Below, in pieces: positions 39,052 to 49,339 of a DNA stretch of 64,000 nt (positions are counted from its first letter, which is position 1; every line of letters begins with the position of its first letter). The translations under genes and the position numbers were made by a program. Location: assembly GCA_040755455.1 (NCBI GenBank), contig JBFMAY010000016.1:1-64000 (forward strand), in the 5' to 3' direction. The notes beneath the pieces are model-generated. The model saw only the letters and a list, made by a program, of their open reading frames with translations, had not been told where the DNA came from and ran no database searches. Source of the stretch: Thermodesulfobacteriota bacterium. Its GTDB lineage: Bacteria > Desulfobacterota > Desulfobulbia > Desulfobulbales > SURF-16.

Positions 39052-39708
39052 ATGGAAAACGACAAAAAAAACAGTGACGAGAAAGAAGAGATTCTCAAGC
39101 AGTATGAAAGACTGCTGCTGCATGAAAACCAGTTCAACATCCACATTGCCGAGATCAGGAAAATTGCTTCCGCCTGGCTGCTCGCCGACATGGGGGCCAT
39201 GGCCTATATCCTCAAAGGCGCGCAAAACGGCGCCCTGAGCCCGCTTGATCAGACGCTCATCCTGGTGGTCGGCCTCCTGGGCGCCGTGGGACTTGCCGTC
39301 CTGTGGATCATGGACCGGCTGGTCTATGCAAAGCTGCTTGACGCCACCATCTTTCTGGCCCTCAAGATGGAACAGGCCCATGCCAGTGAGCTTCCCCAGA
39401 TCAGATCGACCATTCTCGCCTATTCGAGCTATCTCGGCGGCTACATCAGCGCCTATTATTATGTGCCCGTTACCGCGCTTGTTTTCACCGCCTGCCTTTT
39501 CAAATTCAATGCCCTGTTCGCGCTGGTTGCCGCAACAGCCGTCTGCACGGTCATGGCCCGGGCCAGCCGCCCGAAAAAGTTTTCGGAAATGGCCTTTCTC
39601 GGCGATGACAAGGAGTTCGGCGCCTATCTGCAATCCCTGGAAAGCATGGAAAACAAAATCAAAATGAACACCCTGCTCAAAACAATATCATGCAGAAATA
39701 AATCATAA
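39052..39708 (+). CDS. Hypothetical multi-pass membrane protein
   Basis: Open frame 15 nt downstream of the IF2-like gene; 3-4 hydrophobic segments. Confidence 0.7.
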   Translation: MENDKKNSDEKEEILKQYERLLLHENQFNIHIAEIRKIASAWLLADMGAMAYILKGAQNGALSPLDQTLILVVGLLGAVGLAVLWIMDRLVYAKLLDATIFLALKMEQAHASELPQIRSTILAYSSYLGGYISAYYYVPVTALVFTACLFKFNALFALVAATAVCTVMARASRPKKFSEMAFLGDDKEFGAYLQSLESMENKIKMNTLLKTISCRNKS

Positions 39709-39867
39709 AAATTGAAACTTTTCCTTCCCTTTTTTGTCTTAATATATTCGATTGCCCCGGCAGAATGACGCACGTGCAGCAGAAGAAAATCGTTACCCCC
39801 GAAAAACAACAAACCTCAGCCCGGCAAAGCAGCAACCGCGCCGGCCGACTTCCTCAAGCCAACCACC

Positions 39868-40800
39868 ATGATTGATGTACGAAATTTATGTAAAAAATAT
39901 GACGATGTGCCGGCCCTCGACAACGTCACCTTCGCCGTGCAGGCTGGAGAGGTGATAGGGCTGCTCGGCCCCAACGGCGCAGGCAAGACCACCCTGATGA
40001 AAATCCTCACCGGCTTTCTCCAGCCGGATGCGGGCAGCGCCCGCATTGCCGGACTCGACGTCCTTGACCGGTGCGCAGCCATCCAGCGGCTGATCGGCTA
40101 TCTGCCGGAAAACGCCCCCCTCTACCCGGAACTCACCGTGCAGTCCTATCTGCGCATGATTGCCGATTTGCGCAGTGTTCCCAGGGAGGATCAGCAGCAG
40201 AGGATTTCCGAGGCCGTTATCAGCACCGGACTGGCCGACCGGCTCACCCTGCCCATCGGTACCCTGAGCAAGGGGTTCCGGCAGCGGGTGGGACTGGCCC
40301 AGGCTATTCTTCACCGCCCGAGCCTGCTCATCCTGGACGAGCCGACCAACGGCCTTGATCCCACCCAGATTGCCGAGGTGCGCCATCTCATCAAAAAACT
40401 CGCCAGACAGAGCACGGTTATTATCTCCACCCACATTCTGTCCGAGGTTGAGGCCACCTGCGACCGGGCCATTATCATCATCAAAGGCCGGATCAAGGCC
40501 GATGCCCGCCTGTCTGAGCTTGCCGCGACCAGCAATGCCCGCCTTACCCTGGCGACCGGTGACGGGGAAGGCCCCCAGCGCATCCTTGCCAGCCTGCCGG
40601 AGGTAAAACAGGTCACTTACGACCAGGACGGCAAAGGCCGCATCTCCTACCTGATCAAGGCAGCCGGCGACAGGGATCTCTGCCCGGCCATCTTTGCCCT
40701 GGCCAAAAAGCACGACTGGCAGCTGTGCGAACTACGCCAGGAGGTCAGAACCCTGGAAGCGGTATTTAATGAACTGGCCGCGGCAGGAGGTGAAAAATGA
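39868..40800 (+). CDS. ABC transporter ATPase (GldA-like)
   Basis: GPNGAGKTT, LSKGFRQR, ILDEPTNGLDP, STHIL. Confidence 0.93.
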   Translation: MIDVRNLCKKYDDVPALDNVTFAVQAGEVIGLLGPNGAGKTTLMKILTGFLQPDAGSARIAGLDVLDRCAAIQRLIGYLPENAPLYPELTVQSYLRMIADLRSVPREDQQQRISEAVISTGLADRLTLPIGTLSKGFRQRVGLAQAILHRPSLLILDEPTNGLDPTQIAEVRHLIKKLARQSTVIISTHILSEVEATCDRAIIIIKGRIKADARLSELAATSNARLTLATGDGEGPQRILASLPEVKQVTYDQDGKGRISYLIKAAGDRDLCPAIFALAKKHDWQLCELRQEVRTLEAVFNELAAAGGEK

Positions 40801-43724
40801 AACAGCTTCCCGCCATCTTTGCTAAAGAGATGAAAACCTATTTCGGCACGCCCATGGCCGCCATTTTCATCGGCTCATTTCTGCTCTGTTCGCTTTTTTC
40901 CTTTTTCTGGCTGGAAACCTTCTTTGCCAGAAATACGGCGGATATCCGCCCCCTGTTTAACTGGATGCCCATGCTGATGATTTTTCTGGTGGCGGCGCTC
41001 ACCATGCGGCAGTGGAGCGAGGAACAGAAAATCGGCACCCTGGAGGTCCTGCTCACCCTGCCGGTGCGCATTCATCAGCTGGTGCTGGGCAAATTTCTGG
41101 CCGTGCTGGCCCTGACTTCCTGCGCCCTGCTGCTCACCATTGGCCTGCCGGTTACCGTTGCCATGATGGGCCACCTGGACTGGGGGCCGGTCATCGGCGG
41201 CTATCTCGGCACCCTGCTCATGGCCGCCGCCTATATCAGCATCGGCCTGTTTGTCTCTTCCCGCACCGACAATCAGATTATTGCCCTCATGCTCACCGTT
41301 CTGCTGGCAGGCTTTTTCTTCCTGATCGGCTCAAGCGGCATCACTGATTTCTTCGGCAACCGGCCCGCCGAATTTCTCCGCAGCCTGGGGACAGGCAGCC
41401 GCTTTGCCAGCATCGAACGGGGTGTCATCGACCTGCGCGATGTTTTCTACTACCTGAGCCTTGCCGTGTTCTTCCTGGGACTGAACATCTACTTTCTTGA
41501 CCGCAAACGCTGGAGTTTTGCCGACAATACCGCAGGCTATCGCCGCAAGGCCCTGATCACCGTGCTCCTGCTCGCCGCAAATCTCCTGGCCGCCAACATC
41601 TGGCTGGCCAGGGTGAATTCCGCCCGGCTCGATCTCACCGCCCACCGGGAGTACTCCCTCTCCCAGGCCAGCCGGGATATCATAGGCAATCTACCCGAGC
41701 CCCTGGTCATGCGCGGCTATTTCAGCGCCAAGACCCATCCCCTGCTCTCTCCGCTCGTGCCGCGGATCAAGGACCTGATGACCGAATACGCCATTGCCTC
41801 CCGCGGCAACGTCCAGGTCTCTTTTGTTGATCCCAAATTTGACGAGCAGATCGAGACCGAGGCCAACCAGCAGTATGGCATCAAGCCGGTTCCCTTTCAG
41901 GTGGCCGGCCGCTATGAGGCCTCCGTGGTCAACTCCTATTTTCATATCCTGGTCAAATACGGCGATCAATTCGTCACCTTGGGTTTTAATGATCTCATCG
42001 AGGTCAAACCCCGGCCGGACGGCCAGCTCGACGTCTCGCTGCGCAATCTGGAATACGACCTCACCAAATCCGTCAAAAAGGTGGTCTACGGTTTTCAATC
42101 GCTGGCCTCGGTTTTTGATGAAAATCCGGCCGGCTACAAAATAGTGAGCATCATTACCCCCCGGACCCTGCCGGAACCATTCCAGGCCATGCCTGATGCC
42201 ATCAAAAAGGTGGTAAGCGATCTGCAGCAGGAATCGGGCGGCAAACTTCTCTTTGAAGAAAAGGATCCGGAACTGATGCCGGCTGCCGAACAGCAGCAGC
42301 TCAACGCCCAATACGGTATTGAACCGATCAAGGTCTCTTTCTTTGCCAGCGACACCTTCTACCTGCATCTGCTCCTGCAGAGCGGGGACAGCACTGAACG
42401 GCTCTACCTCACCCCGGACATGGGCGAGGCTGAATTGCGCCAGGAGATCGAGGGCGCCATCAAGCGCAACGGTTCCGGTTTCACCAAGACCCTGGGCGTT
42501 TGGTCCCCGGCGGCGGCAGGTGAATCCCCCATGGCCTTGATGGGGCACGGCGCTCCCAAGGACAACTATCAGGTCATGCAGCAGCTGCTGCGGGAAAACT
42601 ATAATCTGAAAAAAGTCGATCTGAGCCAGGGCAGGGTGCCCGGCGACATCGACGTTCTCCTTATGCCGGCCCCCCGGGACCTGACCGAGGTGGAACGGCT
42701 GGCAATCGACCAGTATCTGATGCAGGGGGGGGCAGTGGTGGCGCTTGCTGGTAACTATCTGCTCGATATGTCCCCTGACGCCCAGTCCCTGCGGGTCAAC
42801 AAGGTCAAGGACGGACTGGCCGAGCTGCTCAATCATTACGGCATAACCGTGGAAGAGTCCCTGGTCATGGACAGACAGAACGAGCCGTTTCCCATACCGG
42901 TTAGCCGCACCATTGGCGGCTTGACGATCCAGGAGATACAGCGCATCGACTACCCGTTCTTCGTCGATGTGCGGCCGGAAAACATGGCGGCGGACAACCC
43001 CATCACCGCAAGTCTTCCTGCCGTGACCATGAACTGGGTGTCGCCGCTCACCCTTGATGACCAGAAACTGCAGGGTAAGCAAGTCGCCGTACTGCTCAAA
43101 TCAAGCAGTGAGGCATGGCTCAATCCCTCACCAATAATCGAACCTGACTTCGAACACTTCCCTGACAATGGCTTTTCACAGGGTGACAGTTTTGCCCAGC
43201 ACAATCTTGCTGTGGCAATAACCGGCGATTTTGCCAGCTTCTTTCAGGGCAAGGCAGATCCCAGGCTGCAACAAAACGCCAATAGGGGGAAAAACGGTCA
43301 TGCTGACAGCGGAGAAGAAGAAATCAAGGAAACAGGACCCTCACAGCAAGGCCGGGAGCTGCCGCCCCTGTCGATCATCAATCATTCCCCCCCGTCGGCA
43401 CGACTGGTGGTCATCGGCTCGGCTGAATTTGTCGGTGACACGGTCATCAGCATGTCCCAGGGCCTGGGCATGGACCGCTTCATGAACAGTCTGGGATTCA
43501 TCCAGAATGTCATTGACTGGAGCGTGGCGGATGAAGACCTGCTGACCATCCGCTCCCGCGGTTCCCACACCAGACTGCTCAAACCCATGACCAGACAGGA
43601 ACAGACCTTCTGGGAATGGCTCAATTACGGCGTTGCCCTGGCAGCCCTCGCTGCGGTGAGCATCCTGGGGGCAAACCGCAGAAGAAAGGAAAAACCCATG
43701 CAGCTGGTGGGAGAAATGCCATGA
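40797..43724 (+). CDS. ABC-2 permease fused to a GldG-like auxiliary domain (GldF-GldG)
   Basis: EEQKIGTLEVLLTLP, GVIDLRD, RLDLTAHREYSLS, EYDLT, NVIDWSVADEDLLTIRSR; ATGA overlap with the upstream gene. Confidence 0.9.
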   Translation: MKQLPAIFAKEMKTYFGTPMAAIFIGSFLLCSLFSFFWLETFFARNTADIRPLFNWMPMLMIFLVAALTMRQWSEEQKIGTLEVLLTLPVRIHQLVLGKFLAVLALTSCALLLTIGLPVTVAMMGHLDWGPVIGGYLGTLLMAAAYISIGLFVSSRTDNQIIALMLTVLLAGFFFLIGSSGITDFFGNRPAEFLRSLGTGSRFASIERGVIDLRDVFYYLSLAVFFLGLNIYFLDRKRWSFADNTAGYRRKALITVLLLAANLLAANIWLARVNSARLDLTAHREYSLSQASRDIIGNLPEPLVMRGYFSAKTHPLLSPLVPRIKDLMTEYAIASRGNVQVSFVDPKFDEQIETEANQQYGIKPVPFQVAGRYEASVVNSYFHILVKYGDQFVTLGFNDLIEVKPRPDGQLDVSLRNLEYDLTKSVKKVVYGFQSLASVFDENPAGYKIVSIITPRTLPEPFQAMPDAIKKVVSDLQQESGGKLLFEEKDPELMPAAEQQQLNAQYGIEPIKVSFFASDTFYLHLLLQSGDSTERLYLTPDMGEAELRQEIEGAIKRNGSGFTKTLGVWSPAAAGESPMALMGHGAPKDNYQVMQQLLRENYNLKKVDLSQGRVPGDIDVLLMPAPRDLTEVERLAIDQYLMQGGAVVALAGNYLLDMSPDAQSLRVNKVKDGLAELLNHYGITVEESLVMDRQNEPFPIPVSRTIGGLTIQEIQRIDYPFFVDVRPENMAADNPITASLPAVTMNWVSPLTLDDQKLQGKQVAVLLKSSSEAWLNPSPIIEPDFEHFPDNGFSQGDSFAQHNLAVAITGDFASFFQGKADPRLQQNANRGKNGHADSGEEEIKETGPSQQGRELPPLSIINHSPPSARLVVIGSAEFVGDTVISMSQGLGMDRFMNSLGFIQNVIDWSVADEDLLTIRSRGSHTRLLKPMTRQEQTFWEWLNYGVALAALAAVSILGANRRRKEKPMQLVGEMP

Positions 43725-44677
43725 TCCGGAAAAATACGAATGTCATACTGCTCATCCTGCTGGTCTGCCAGCTGCTGCTGATCGCCCTCCTTTATCTGCC
43801 GGACGGCGAAGAGGGACAACCGGTTGCCGCACTTGTGCCGGGCCTCACGGCCGATGCCGTTGCCCAGCTGTCCATCACCGACGCAACCGGCAAGACCCTC
43901 GCCCTGCAAAGAGAAGAGGATGGAAACTGGCTGATCGATGACGGAGGATCTGACATGTTCCCGGCCGACGCCGCGCAGATCCAAAACATTGTCAACAACC
44001 TTGTCTCCCTGCAGTCACAGCGGCTGGTCACCAGGACCAAGTCAAGCCATATCCGCCTGCAGGTGGATGACAAGGTTTTCGCCAAAAAAATTGTTTTCAA
44101 AACGCAAAACGGCGAAACCCGCACCCTTTTACTGGGAAGCTCTTCCGGACCGCAGACGATCCATGTCCGCCCCCAGGCAACGGATAATGTCTATCTTGCC
44201 AGGGGCATTTCCACCTGGAACCTTGATACCGACAAGGAATCATGGTGGCGGAAAGGATATGTGCAGGTTGACAGAAACAGCCTGCGGGAGGTAAGCCTGC
44301 AAAACAGCCGGGGCCGCTTCACCCTGCGCAAAGAGGGGGAAAAGTGGCAGGTGAGCGGCGATGATCCGCAGCAGGAACCAGCGCCGGCCGCCCTGGACGG
44401 TTTCCTGCAGAAGGTCACCCATATTGCCGTCAACAGCTATCTGGGCAGACAATATCAGGACAACCGCCTGGATGCTGCCGTTCTGACCCTGACTACCGAC
44501 CAGCAAACCATAACCGTCAACATCGGCCCCCAAGACAACGGCGAAGACAGTGAACACGTCATCAAGTCATCGGCCTCACCGTTTTTCGCCACCGCTGGCA
44601 GCTTTCAGATGGCGCCTTTGCTTGACATGAAAAAAGAGGATTTATATAGCAAAGGGGAAGAAAAAGAAAAGCAATAA
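43721..44677 (+). CDS. DUF4340-like membrane-anchored protein
   Basis: ATGA overlap; N-terminal TM; typical third gene of GldAFG-like operons. Confidence 0.8.
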   Translation: MIRKNTNVILLILLVCQLLLIALLYLPDGEEGQPVAALVPGLTADAVAQLSITDATGKTLALQREEDGNWLIDDGGSDMFPADAAQIQNIVNNLVSLQSQRLVTRTKSSHIRLQVDDKVFAKKIVFKTQNGETRTLLLGSSSGPQTIHVRPQATDNVYLARGISTWNLDTDKESWWRKGYVQVDRNSLREVSLQNSRGRFTLRKEGEKWQVSGDDPQQEPAPAALDGFLQKVTHIAVNSYLGRQYQDNRLDAAVLTLTTDQQTITVNIGPQDNGEDSEHVIKSSASPFFATAGSFQMAPLLDMKKEDLYSKGEEKEKQ

Positions 44678-44785
44678 CCCTGCCCGGGCCAGGCCTTGCG
44701 CCAGGCCAGGCGGGCTGCCCCACGGTGCAGCCCGCCGCATCAGCGGCCCTGCCGGACAGAAGCCCGCCGGCAGCCGCCACAAGGA

Positions 44786-45694
44786 TTACACGGCGAAACT
44801 CTTTCCGGTTATCCGCTCCAGGGCCTCCAGGTAGCGTGCCCTGGTTTTCGTGATGATATCCTCCGGCAGCTTTGGGGCCGGCGGCGTCTGGGGCCAGTCA
44901 AGGGTAAGGAGGTAGTCCCGCAAGAACTGCTTGTCGAAACTGGCCTGCCCCCGGCCCGTCTGGTAATCGTCCGCCGGCCAGAAACGGGAAGAGTCCGGGG
45001 TGAGCACCTCATCGATCAGTAGCAGCTCCCCCTCATGCCAGCCCAGCTCAAATTTCGTGTCGGCAATGATGATGCCCCGGCCGCGGGCATAATCAGAGGC
45101 CTTGCGATACAGTTCAATGCACACCCGGGCGATCTTTTCCGTCTCCGCCCGGCCGACGATCTCCCCCATCTTCTCCAGGGAAATGTTCTCATCATGCACC
45201 CCCTGTGCCGCCTTGGTGGACGGGGTAAAGAGGATCTCGGGCAGTTTTTCCGATTCCTGCATGCCAGGGGGCAGGGCAAAACCGCAGACCGTGGGGTTCT
45301 CCAGGTAGGCCTTCCAGAATGAACCGGACAGATAGCCCCGGACAATACACTCCACCGGCAGCGGTTTGGCCTTTTTCACCAGCATGCTCCGCCCTCTGAG
45401 CTGATCGCGGTAAGGGGCGCAGACGGCAGGATAATCCGCCGGCTCAGCGGAGATGAGATGATTGGGCACGATATCCTGCAGATAATCGAACCAGAAAAGG
45501 GAAAGGCGGGTCAACACCGCCCCTTTATCAGGGATGGGATCACTCATCACCACGTCAAAGGCGGATATGCGGTCGGTTGCCACCATGAGCAGTTTATCCT
45601 CCACCTCATAGAGGTCGCGGACCTTGCCGCGATGGATTAACTGCAAATCTGCAAAATTTGTTTCCGTAACCGGGGCGGTCTTCATTTGCTTCAT
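44786..45694 (-). CDS. purC: SAICAR synthetase
   Basis: [56 protein letters not shown]. Start may be 45685. Confidence 0.96.
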   Translation of the reverse strand: MKQMKTAPVTETNFADLQLIHRGKVRDLYEVEDKLLMVATDRISAFDVVMSDPIPDKGAVLTRLSLFWFDYLQDIVPNHLISAEPADYPAVCAPYRDQLRGRSMLVKKAKPLPVECIVRGYLSGSFWKAYLENPTVCGFALPPGMQESEKLPEILFTPSTKAAQGVHDENISLEKMGEIVGRAETEKIARVCIELYRKASDYARGRGIIIADTKFELGWHEGELLLIDEVLTPDSSRFWPADDYQTGRGQASFDKQFLRDYLLTLDWPQTPPAPKLPEDIITKTRARYLEALERITGKSFAV

Positions 45695-45783
45695 CCTCAA
45701 GTTTTCAATTTGATATAAAAAATTCTAAAAAATGAATAATTGCCAATAGCCTTATGGTGATTTCATGCATTGTACCTTCTGTC

Positions 45784-47661
45784 CTACCTGAAAAACCATT
45801 TTTTTATCTCAGCGGCGCTGAAAATTTTCACCACCGGCCGGCCATGGGGACAGTGGGAAAAAATATCCGCCTCTTCCATCTTCCTGAGCAGCTCTTCCCC
45901 CTCCTCGGGCAGGAGGATATCATGGGCCTTTACCGCTGCCTTGCAGGCCATGACGGCAAGCATGTCATCCATGCGCATGGCCGCCGCCCCTTTCGCCCTG
46001 CCCTCCCGGCTGAGGAAATGATCAAAAATCCCCTTGACGATTTCCTGGGGTCCCAGATGGCCGAGGATGGCCGGCACCGCCTTGATCACAAAACTCTGGC
46101 CGCCAAACTCCTGGATGACCAAGCCGATCCTGGCGATCTCCGGCCCGTGTTTTTTCAGCACGTCAATCTGCTCAGGGGTGCATTCGATCATCTCCGGGAA
46201 AAGCAGGGCCTGGCCAGGCAGCTCCATCTCCTGATACTGCTTTTTCAGCTGCTCAAAAAGCAGTCTTTCATGGGCCGCATGCTGGTCGATGACGGCAATG
46301 CCCTCGTCCGTCTCGCAGAGAAGATAACACTGCATGAACTGGCCGACATATCTGAAACGGCGGCTTGCTTGCCTGCCCGGCAATTGGAAGGGGGAAGATA
46401 TTTTTTTCTGCTGGCTGCCTGCAGGGACGGCCGGCTGGTCAGCCGGAGGCCGTTCTGTTGCTGCCGGCCTGACAACTGCCGGTTTAGGCCGAGCCATGTC
46501 GGCAAAGGGAAGAGTGACTTCCGTTTTTTCCTGCCGGACCAAGGGGGGCGGTTCATTGAGCTGCCAGAAGCCGGCTGGAGACTGCGGCTGGTCAACCGGG
46601 CGGGATTTGCGGAAATTACCGCCCCCGCCGGCAGCCGGTCTGCCGAACACCGCATGCTGCATATTGCCCTGGTGGCGCTCCATGGCCTGGGCAACGGCCA
46701 TGAGCACCTGCTGATGTATATTGCTGGACTGGTGGAAACGGATTTCCTGCTTGGCAGGGTGCACATTGACATCAACCAGCTCCGGTTCAAGTTCCAGAAA
46801 AACCGCGCCCGCCGGGCGGCGGCCCTTCATCAGGAAATTATGCAATCCTTCCGCCACCGCATGGTTGATCATCCGGTCCCGAACCGGCCGGCGGTTGACG
46901 AAAATCCGCAGCCTGGCCGCCACCCCGACGGCTTCATCCGGCGGCAGCAGATAACCATGGAGCGACAGATCATCCAGTTGGCAGTCAACATGGATCAGCT
47001 CACCCTGCAGCTGCCGGCCCATGATGAGCTGCACCCGGGCGGCAAGGGTATCAACGCCTGCGGCAAAGGACCAGACATCCCTGCCGTCCACCGTATAGGC
47101 CAGGCCGAGTTGCGGCACGGCCAGGGCGCTGTTGATGATGATTTCATCTATATGGGCAAGCTCGGTGCGCGCCGTCTTGAGAAACTTTTTGCGGGCCGGC
47201 ACATTGCCGAAAAGATCGCGCACCTCCATCACCGTCCCCTGGCTGCATCCCATTTCATGCACCTTGCGCAGCTGACCGAAACGGACCTCGGCCCGGTTGC
47301 CCAGCTCGGCGCCGGCAATTCTTGAGGTGATGGTCAGGCGGCAAACCGAGGCGATGCTTGGGATTGCCTCCCCGCGGAAACCCAAGGTGAGGATGCGGGA
47401 CAGTTGTTCGGCGGTCTGCAGCTTGCTGGTGGCGTGACGCTCCAGGCAAAGGAGGATATCATCCTGGTCCATCCCCTCGCCATCGTCAATAACCCGGATC
47501 AGTCGGTTGCCGCCGCCCTCCACCTCAACCCTGATCCGGCTTGCTCCGGCGTCAACGGCATTCTCGACAAATTCCTTGACAACCGACGCCGGCCGCTCGA
47601 CAACCTCGCCGGCGGCAATCTGGTTGGACAGATTTTCAGAAAGAATTTTGATTTTTGACAT
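45784..47661 (-). CDS. mutL: DNA mismatch repair endonuclease MutL
   Basis: NQIAAGEVVERPASVVKE, GFRGEA, DVNVHPAK, DQHAAHER, ACKAA, CPHGRP. Confidence 0.97.
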   Translation of the reverse strand: MSKIKILSENLSNQIAAGEVVERPASVVKEFVENAVDAGASRIRVEVEGGGNRLIRVIDDGEGMDQDDILLCLERHATSKLQTAEQLSRILTLGFRGEAIPSIASVCRLTITSRIAGAELGNRAEVRFGQLRKVHEMGCSQGTVMEVRDLFGNVPARKKFLKTARTELAHIDEIIINSALAVPQLGLAYTVDGRDVWSFAAGVDTLAARVQLIMGRQLQGELIHVDCQLDDLSLHGYLLPPDEAVGVAARLRIFVNRRPVRDRMINHAVAEGLHNFLMKGRRPAGAVFLELEPELVDVNVHPAKQEIRFHQSSNIHQQVLMAVAQAMERHQGNMQHAVFGRPAAGGGGNFRKSRPVDQPQSPAGFWQLNEPPPLVRQEKTEVTLPFADMARPKPAVVRPAATERPPADQPAVPAGSQQKKISSPFQLPGRQASRRFRYVGQFMQCYLLCETDEGIAVIDQHAAHERLLFEQLKKQYQEMELPGQALLFPEMIECTPEQIDVLKKHGPEIARIGLVIQEFGGQSFVIKAVPAILGHLGPQEIVKGIFDHFLSREGRAKGAAAMRMDDMLAVMACKAAVKAHDILLPEEGEELLRKMEEADIFSHCPHGRPVVKIFSAAEIKKWFFR

Positions 47662-47822
47662 TTACAGAACCACTGCGGCGACGGGTTCAACTGGAAACGT
47701 TGCGGGGAAATGGCAGGCGCGGAGCAACGGCAACCGTTGCCGCAATCATAACCGCCGCCTGCAATACATCCCCGCGCCTGAACAATAACCGCGGGCCTTA
47801 CGCTGCGAACCCTAAAGCTGCG

Positions 47823-49190
47823 CTATTTAAGATAACTGAGGATATGCAGTCCAAGCCAGCTCTCGTCCCACCACTCAATAGGATTCACCTGCACGCCGTT
47901 CACCAGCATGCTGAAATGGAGATGATCCCCACCCGCCATGCCTGTGGTGCCGGTGGTGCCAAGCACCCCGTCTTTTTCCACAAGATCGCCGACCGCAACC
48001 TCAATGCCGGACAGATGCGAGTAGAGACTGCAAATGCCCAGGCCATGGTCAAGAATCACCATATTGCCGTAAATGCCCAGATATTCGGCAAAAACAACCT
48101 TCCCCCGGTTGGCCGCCTCCACTTTGGCGCGCTGGGTTGAGGCCAGATCGATCCCCAGATGGACCTGCTTGTCGATCTCCTGGTCATTGTAGTAATAGGT
48201 GCGGTGGTCAGCATAGCCGGCCCTGGTGCTGCTGCGGGGCAAGCGCCCGAAACGGCCCTGCCAGAGCTGCTCAGGGATGGATTTGCTGCATATCTCGGCA
48301 ATCTTCTTATTATTGGCGTCACGCACCTTGTTGTTGACATAGAGATACTTGTCCAGGTGGCTGCCGGTCATCTCGGGATAATACTGGGAAAACTCCGGGA
48401 TTTTCAGATCCAGAAAACTATCGGGCACGGTTATCTTGTCAAATTTGAAATTCACCTTCTTGAAAAGCATGCCAAACGGGGCCTTGCCGATATTGCCTGC
48501 CGCATCTGCAGCCTCCACGTGGGCATCCTTGATCTGTTCGATATCGTAGGGAAGAGCGATGATGGCGCCGAACAGCTCTTTTTTGTTCGGTACGGGAAAG
48601 CCGGGATGAAAATAGCCGTTGACCATGACCCCGTGCCGTGTTACCGGCTCACTGATCTGATAGATGACCAGTCCGGCCCCGCCCGGCTTGATGTACTGCG
48701 GCGAATCCATTCTGGTCACCTTCGGCGGCTGGATATCAAGCGTCACCGGGAAAACAGTCTGCACGATGTTGCCGCGCAGCAGATTCCAGTAAGAAAAATC
48801 CTGGGCGGTGAAAATGATTTCAGCGGCGCCGTCTTTTAACCCCAAGGCATGGGTATCGATACTGGCATGTCCCTCAATGCGGTTCGGGCCGGCTGACCTG
48901 AAGTGGCTCTGCCTGGTGAAATTCTGCTCATAAAGCAGCTTCTGCGCATCGCCCTGGCGGATAACAACATCAAGATGACGCAGCCCGCTTTTCCTGTCGG
49001 TGACGGCAAAATCGATCTGCCGCCGGGTGCCTATCAGCTCAAGCTTGCCGGCAACCTCAAGCTGCGGCTTTTCCCACTCAAGCAGCAGCACAAGGGCAAC
49101 AACCGCCGCGACCAGCAGCAGAAAGGCGATAAACAATAAAAAGGAAGGGAGCCTTCTTTTCGATCGATCCAATCGCAATGAACTTGCCAT
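47823..49190 (-). CDS. M23 family metallopeptidase (cell-wall endopeptidase)
   Basis: N-terminal TM; HLGIDLAS, YGNMVILDHG, GDHLHFS. Confidence 0.92.
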   Translation of the reverse strand: MASSLRLDRSKRRLPSFLLFIAFLLLVAAVVALVLLLEWEKPQLEVAGKLELIGTRRQIDFAVTDRKSGLRHLDVVIRQGDAQKLLYEQNFTRQSHFRSAGPNRIEGHASIDTHALGLKDGAAEIIFTAQDFSYWNLLRGNIVQTVFPVTLDIQPPKVTRMDSPQYIKPGGAGLVIYQISEPVTRHGVMVNGYFHPGFPVPNKKELFGAIIALPYDIEQIKDAHVEAADAAGNIGKAPFGMLFKKVNFKFDKITVPDSFLDLKIPEFSQYYPEMTGSHLDKYLYVNNKVRDANNKKIAEICSKSIPEQLWQGRFGRLPRSSTRAGYADHRTYYYNDQEIDKQVHLGIDLASTQRAKVEAANRGKVVFAEYLGIYGNMVILDHGLGICSLYSHLSGIEVAVGDLVEKDGVLGTTGTTGMAGGDHLHFSMLVNGVQVNPIEWWDESWLGLHILSYLK

Positions 49191-49339
49191 CGTAAAAACC
49201 CCTGGACCGGCGGTGCCGGAAAATAGTAAAAGATTGACACACAAATGCGCAACGGGGTGGAACATTACCACATCTGCCGGCAAAATAAAACCTTTGCGGC
49301 GCCACTTCTTTACGTTACATTCTTTTTTATTTTTTCATC

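Noticed and set aside
45754..47325. 523-aa plus-strand ORF, and similar long antisense ORFs at 1900-2982, 8348-9688, 36509-37780, 41691-43082 and 53180-54604
   Set aside because: All lie opposite well-supported genes and lack motifs or an RBS.
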